NCBI GenBank assembly: GCA_030693425.1 | Contig: JAUYAM010000002.1 | Span: 320,632-384,631 of the forward strand | From: a bacterium | Lineage (GTDB): Bacteria > Patescibacteriota > Minisyncoccia > Minisyncoccales > GWA2-46-15 | DNA length: 64,000 nt | Reading direction: 5' to 3' | Shown: positions 61,631 through 64,000 of the stretch, one piece after another | Numbering within the stretch: position 1 is the stretch's first letter | How the letters are laid out: each line of letters begins with the position of its first letter | Notes under the pieces: model-generated | Database searches by the model: none | Told to the model about the DNA's origin: nothing | Seen by the model: the letters and a program-made list of their open reading frames with translations, nothing else | Made by a program: the position numbers and the translations under genes

Positions 61631-62602
61631 ATGAAAATTACAGATTTTATCAATTACTACAATTCAAATATTCCCCCGGATTTTCCTAGGGTAAATAAAC
61701 ATATTCTGACTATTTTCCGAGCAACTCACTATAAATTATTTAGGGTAGACGATTGGACAGTAGAAAAACACAGGAAGGCGGTTATGGACTGGCTTTATGA
61801 TAATGATGGCACTATAAGCAAGATTAAGTTCCCTTATTTTACATATAAAAATATAGTGGAGATCAAAAACGATTCTCGAATTCTCCATAAATATGATTTT
61901 TTATTAGGAGACGATAAAGAAGCAGGGGTTAAATATCCATTAACTCGTCACAACAAAAATCTTTATGTTTATACTTTAACCAAGAAAAGAAACTATTTTA
62001 ATCTTCCCGTACTCTTTTTTGATTTTACCAACCTAGACTTACTCAATAAGGATGGGACAAGCAATCGCTTAAGTGGCAAAGAAAATATTCCACCGATACA
62101 AATAAACAGGATTATATGGTTTGTTCAAAAATACGGCGTTGATTTTATCCCACACGACGTCAATGGAGACTTTGGTGATGATCCCGATGAGGGAATAGTA
62201 AACAATTATTTTTTAGGATTTAGTTCTATTTGGGGAAAATTCATGCTTCTAAAGAATTTGATAAAACAGGATAGGACCATACCTTATTCGAAAACAAAAA
62301 AGAAACTCAATGGATATTGGCCCGTGAGAATGTTCCAAGAAAATATCATAAAAGATTATTTTAGTAATAAGCTGCCCGTAATAACTAGTGAAGAAGAACG
62401 GGCCAAGGATTTATACTTGAACTATAAACCACCTATTTCTATCCTCTTTGAGTATTTAGTCAGCAACTTTACTCTGGCCAAAAAGTGTGAATACTGCCAC
62501 AAATATTTTGTAGCTGATCGAAAAGACGCAGAAGGTTGTTGCGTTCATCATAATAAATTACTACGCATGAGAAGATACAGGAGCAAACTCTCTCAACCTT
62601 GA
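61631..62602 (+). CDS. Hypothetical protein with C-terminal Cys/His zinc-finger-like motif
   Basis: ATG at 61631 (MKITDFINYY) is preferred over the TTG track start. The C-terminus reads CEYCHKYFVADRKDAEGCCVHHNKLLRMRRYR. No family was recognised. Confidence 0.55.
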   Translation: MKITDFINYYNSNIPPDFPRVNKHILTIFRATHYKLFRVDDWTVEKHRKAVMDWLYDNDGTISKIKFPYFTYKNIVEIKNDSRILHKYDFLLGDDKEAGVKYPLTRHNKNLYVYTLTKKRNYFNLPVLFFDFTNLDLLNKDGTSNRLSGKENIPPIQINRIIWFVQKYGVDFIPHDVNGDFGDDPDEGIVNNYFLGFSSIWGKFMLLKNLIKQDRTIPYSKTKKKLNGYWPVRMFQENIIKDYFSNKLPVITSEEERAKDLYLNYKPPISILFEYLVSNFTLAKKCEYCHKYFVADRKDAEGCCVHHNKLLRMRRYRSKLSQP

Positions 62603-62662
62603 CGATTTATCGAGTGACGTTTTATGTGACGGTTGGATAAGCCCCATTTGATAATCTAAAGT

Positions 62663-62690
62663 CAAAGCAGAATACGCTTTGGCTTTTTTA
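62663..62690 (+). terminator. Intrinsic terminator
   Basis: caaagc-agaatac-gctttg followed by gcttttttatttt. Confidence 0.5.
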
Positions 62691-62743
62691 TTTTGCCAGA
62701 GCAGCAAGGTCGTGACAACAAATTAACTTAACAACAAATTACT

Positions 62744-62992
62744 ATGACAGAAATATTACAAGAGAAAGATTACTTCAAATCATCAGATATAGCATTGTGC
62801 TCGGCACTTTGTTGTTATGGTTATCAAATAGAGGCAATAAATAGAAACGAACCGAGAGCAATTTTTCTCGTTCGTAGGAACGAACAATTGGACGAGATAT
62901 TACAGTTGTATTTTACGCACCAGCTCAAGGTTGAACCTTTGAGTTTTTTCGGTTTTTTGAGGGAAATTAAAACAAGAATTTATCACACATAA
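62744..62992 (+). CDS. Small protein, DUF5659-like (tentative)
   Basis: 82 aa. FKSSDIALCSALCCYGYQIEAINRNEPRAIFLVRRNEQLDEILQLYF resembles the small phage/plasmid-associated family remembered as DUF5659. This rests on memory only. Confidence 0.4.
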   Translation: MTEILQEKDYFKSSDIALCSALCCYGYQIEAINRNEPRAIFLVRRNEQLDEILQLYFTHQLKVEPLSFFGFLREIKTRIYHT

Positions 62993-62994
62993 GC

Positions 62995-63186
62995 ATGCCT
63001 TCAGACGAAATGATAACCAAATATCAAGAGCTTGTTAAAAAACGATTTAATCGTGTGATTAGCCGTGAAGAAGCGCTTGAGAACGGAACAAAATTACTTC
63101 GTCTGGTGGAACTGATTTACAAACCAATGACCGAGGCGGAATACCAGCAATTACGGAAACACCGCCAAAAAACCGGCAAATTATAA
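62995..63186 (+). CDS. Hypothetical small protein (63 aa)
   Basis: It starts 2 nt after the previous stop and is predicted helical. Confidence 0.4.
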   Translation: MPSDEMITKYQELVKKRFNRVISREEALENGTKLLRLVELIYKPMTEAEYQQLRKHRQKTGKL

Positions 63187-63202
63187 AATTAACAAAACCT
63201 AC

Positions 63203-63424
63203 ATGAGAAGACTTCCAAGAAAGCCAAGTCAGCGACAAGATCGGATCATCCAAGCAGTAGAAGAATGGTTCGGGAAGATGAATCCGGCAGAGAAAAAAGC
63301 GTCTGTTAGAATTTCTCTTTTCCTTATGGGTCGGAGGAAAGGAATTGAGCTTGCGGAGGAAGAAAAGGATATGACGTGGTATGTCAGCCAGAACCTTGCG
63401 TCAGAATCGCACCAGATGAGTTAA
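63203..63424 (+). CDS. Hypothetical small basic protein (73 aa)
   Basis: Co-directional with its neighbours and tightly spaced. Confidence 0.35.
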   Translation: MRRLPRKPSQRQDRIIQAVEEWFGKMNPAEKKASVRISLFLMGRRKGIELAEEEKDMTWYVSQNLASESHQMS

Positions 63425-63560
63425 GAGGGCATTTAACCCCTATAAACAAGATGTGTAAGTGTAATTACCTCCAACTACTTAGCCTGACTTTTTAAGGAGA
63501 AAGATCATTCGTTAAAAAAATAATTTTGTTTCTGATTTGGGTTCTTGGCGAAAGTGCTAT

Positions 63561-63602
63561 AGTGCCTCCCGCCGAGGGCCCTAATCAGAGACCGGAGGCA
63601 CT
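63561..63602 (+). promoter_or_regulatory. 9-bp perfect hairpin that sequesters the Shine-Dalgarno of the following gene
   Basis: agtgcctcc (63561-63569) pairs with ggaggcact (63594-63602). The GGAGG at 63594-63598 is the SD for ATG 63605. Confidence 0.5.
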
Positions 63603-63604
63603 AA

Positions 63605-64000
63605 TATGAAAAATCAAAATGTAAATACAGTAGAGGGATTTGATGGGGAAATGCTCCACCCCTCATTTGATATTAAAGATGGTATTCTGATCCTTGGTTT
63701 TCGTTACAAAAACAAAACAGGGAAAGACGAAAATATATTTTTCGTAGTCAAACACGATACCATTAGAGTAGAGCGGGAAGACTCGTGCGAGATTGATGGC
63801 AAGCGATATTTCTTTGAAATAAAAGGCAAAACACTTATGAGAGTTGAGGAAAGGTGGGGATTGAAGGCGTTGAACGAATTTGTAAAAGATTATTCAAGCG
63901 GAAAAACAGGGATTACACCAACGCCAAAGGAATTATTTGAAAAAACTAAGATTCTAGTAAAGAAATACGTTGAGCTTGAAAAAGAAATTGATTACTCTCT
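63605..64000 (+). CDS. Hypothetical protein, N-terminal 132 codons (runs off the window)
   Basis: Absent from the track. Own translation: MKNQNVNTVEGFDGEMLHPSFDIKDGILILGFRYKNKTGKDENIFFVVKHDTIRVEREDSCEIDGKRYFFEIKGK.... The frame is open to the last base. Confidence 0.6.

Overview
AT-rich, tightly packed 64-kb window. About 75 protein genes, nearly all on the minus strand, with short gaps or 4-8 nt overlaps. Gene content suggests a Candidate Phyla Radiation / Patescibacteria-type bacterium; this is inference only, no database was searched. Supporting traits: many small secreted Cys-rich proteins, a 2721-aa surface protease, an RRM protein, an RGG/zinc-ribbon protein, lycopene-cyclase-domain membrane proteins, ATP-cone/nuclease fusions, and little visible biosynthesis.

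Housekeeping and transport genes include metK, a cold-shock protein, UDG family 4, an endonuclease III-like protein, NUDIX, a PRTase, MFS/EamA/TauE/ABC transporters and three tandem GT4 glycosyltransferases.

Four parts stand out:
1. A defence-type island at about 21.2-29.4 kb. It holds an NYN protein; a co-directional six-gene cluster (RadC/JAB, MazG-like, DUF2075 nuclease-helicase, OLD ATPase-TOPRIM, GxxExxY, divergent UDG-fold protein); and an AbiEi/AbiEii pair.
2. A secretome / cell-surface island at about 41-61.3 kb. It holds two Cys-rich repeat proteins, several small secreted proteins, an adjacent membrane-anchored cohesin and dockerin protein, and a giant S8 protease.
3. A plus-strand block of unknown genes from 61.6 kb to the window end that looks foreign or mobile. 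It is preceded by a pseudoknot-capable inverted-repeat structure.
4. An unusually dense set of intergenic hairpin/repeat families. One family shows compensatory substitutions. There is also an RNase-P-RNA-like locus whose 3' module recurs at five other sites.

No CRISPR array, rRNA, convincing tRNA, reverse transcriptase, transposase or integrase was found. All functional calls rest on motifs read directly in the translations.
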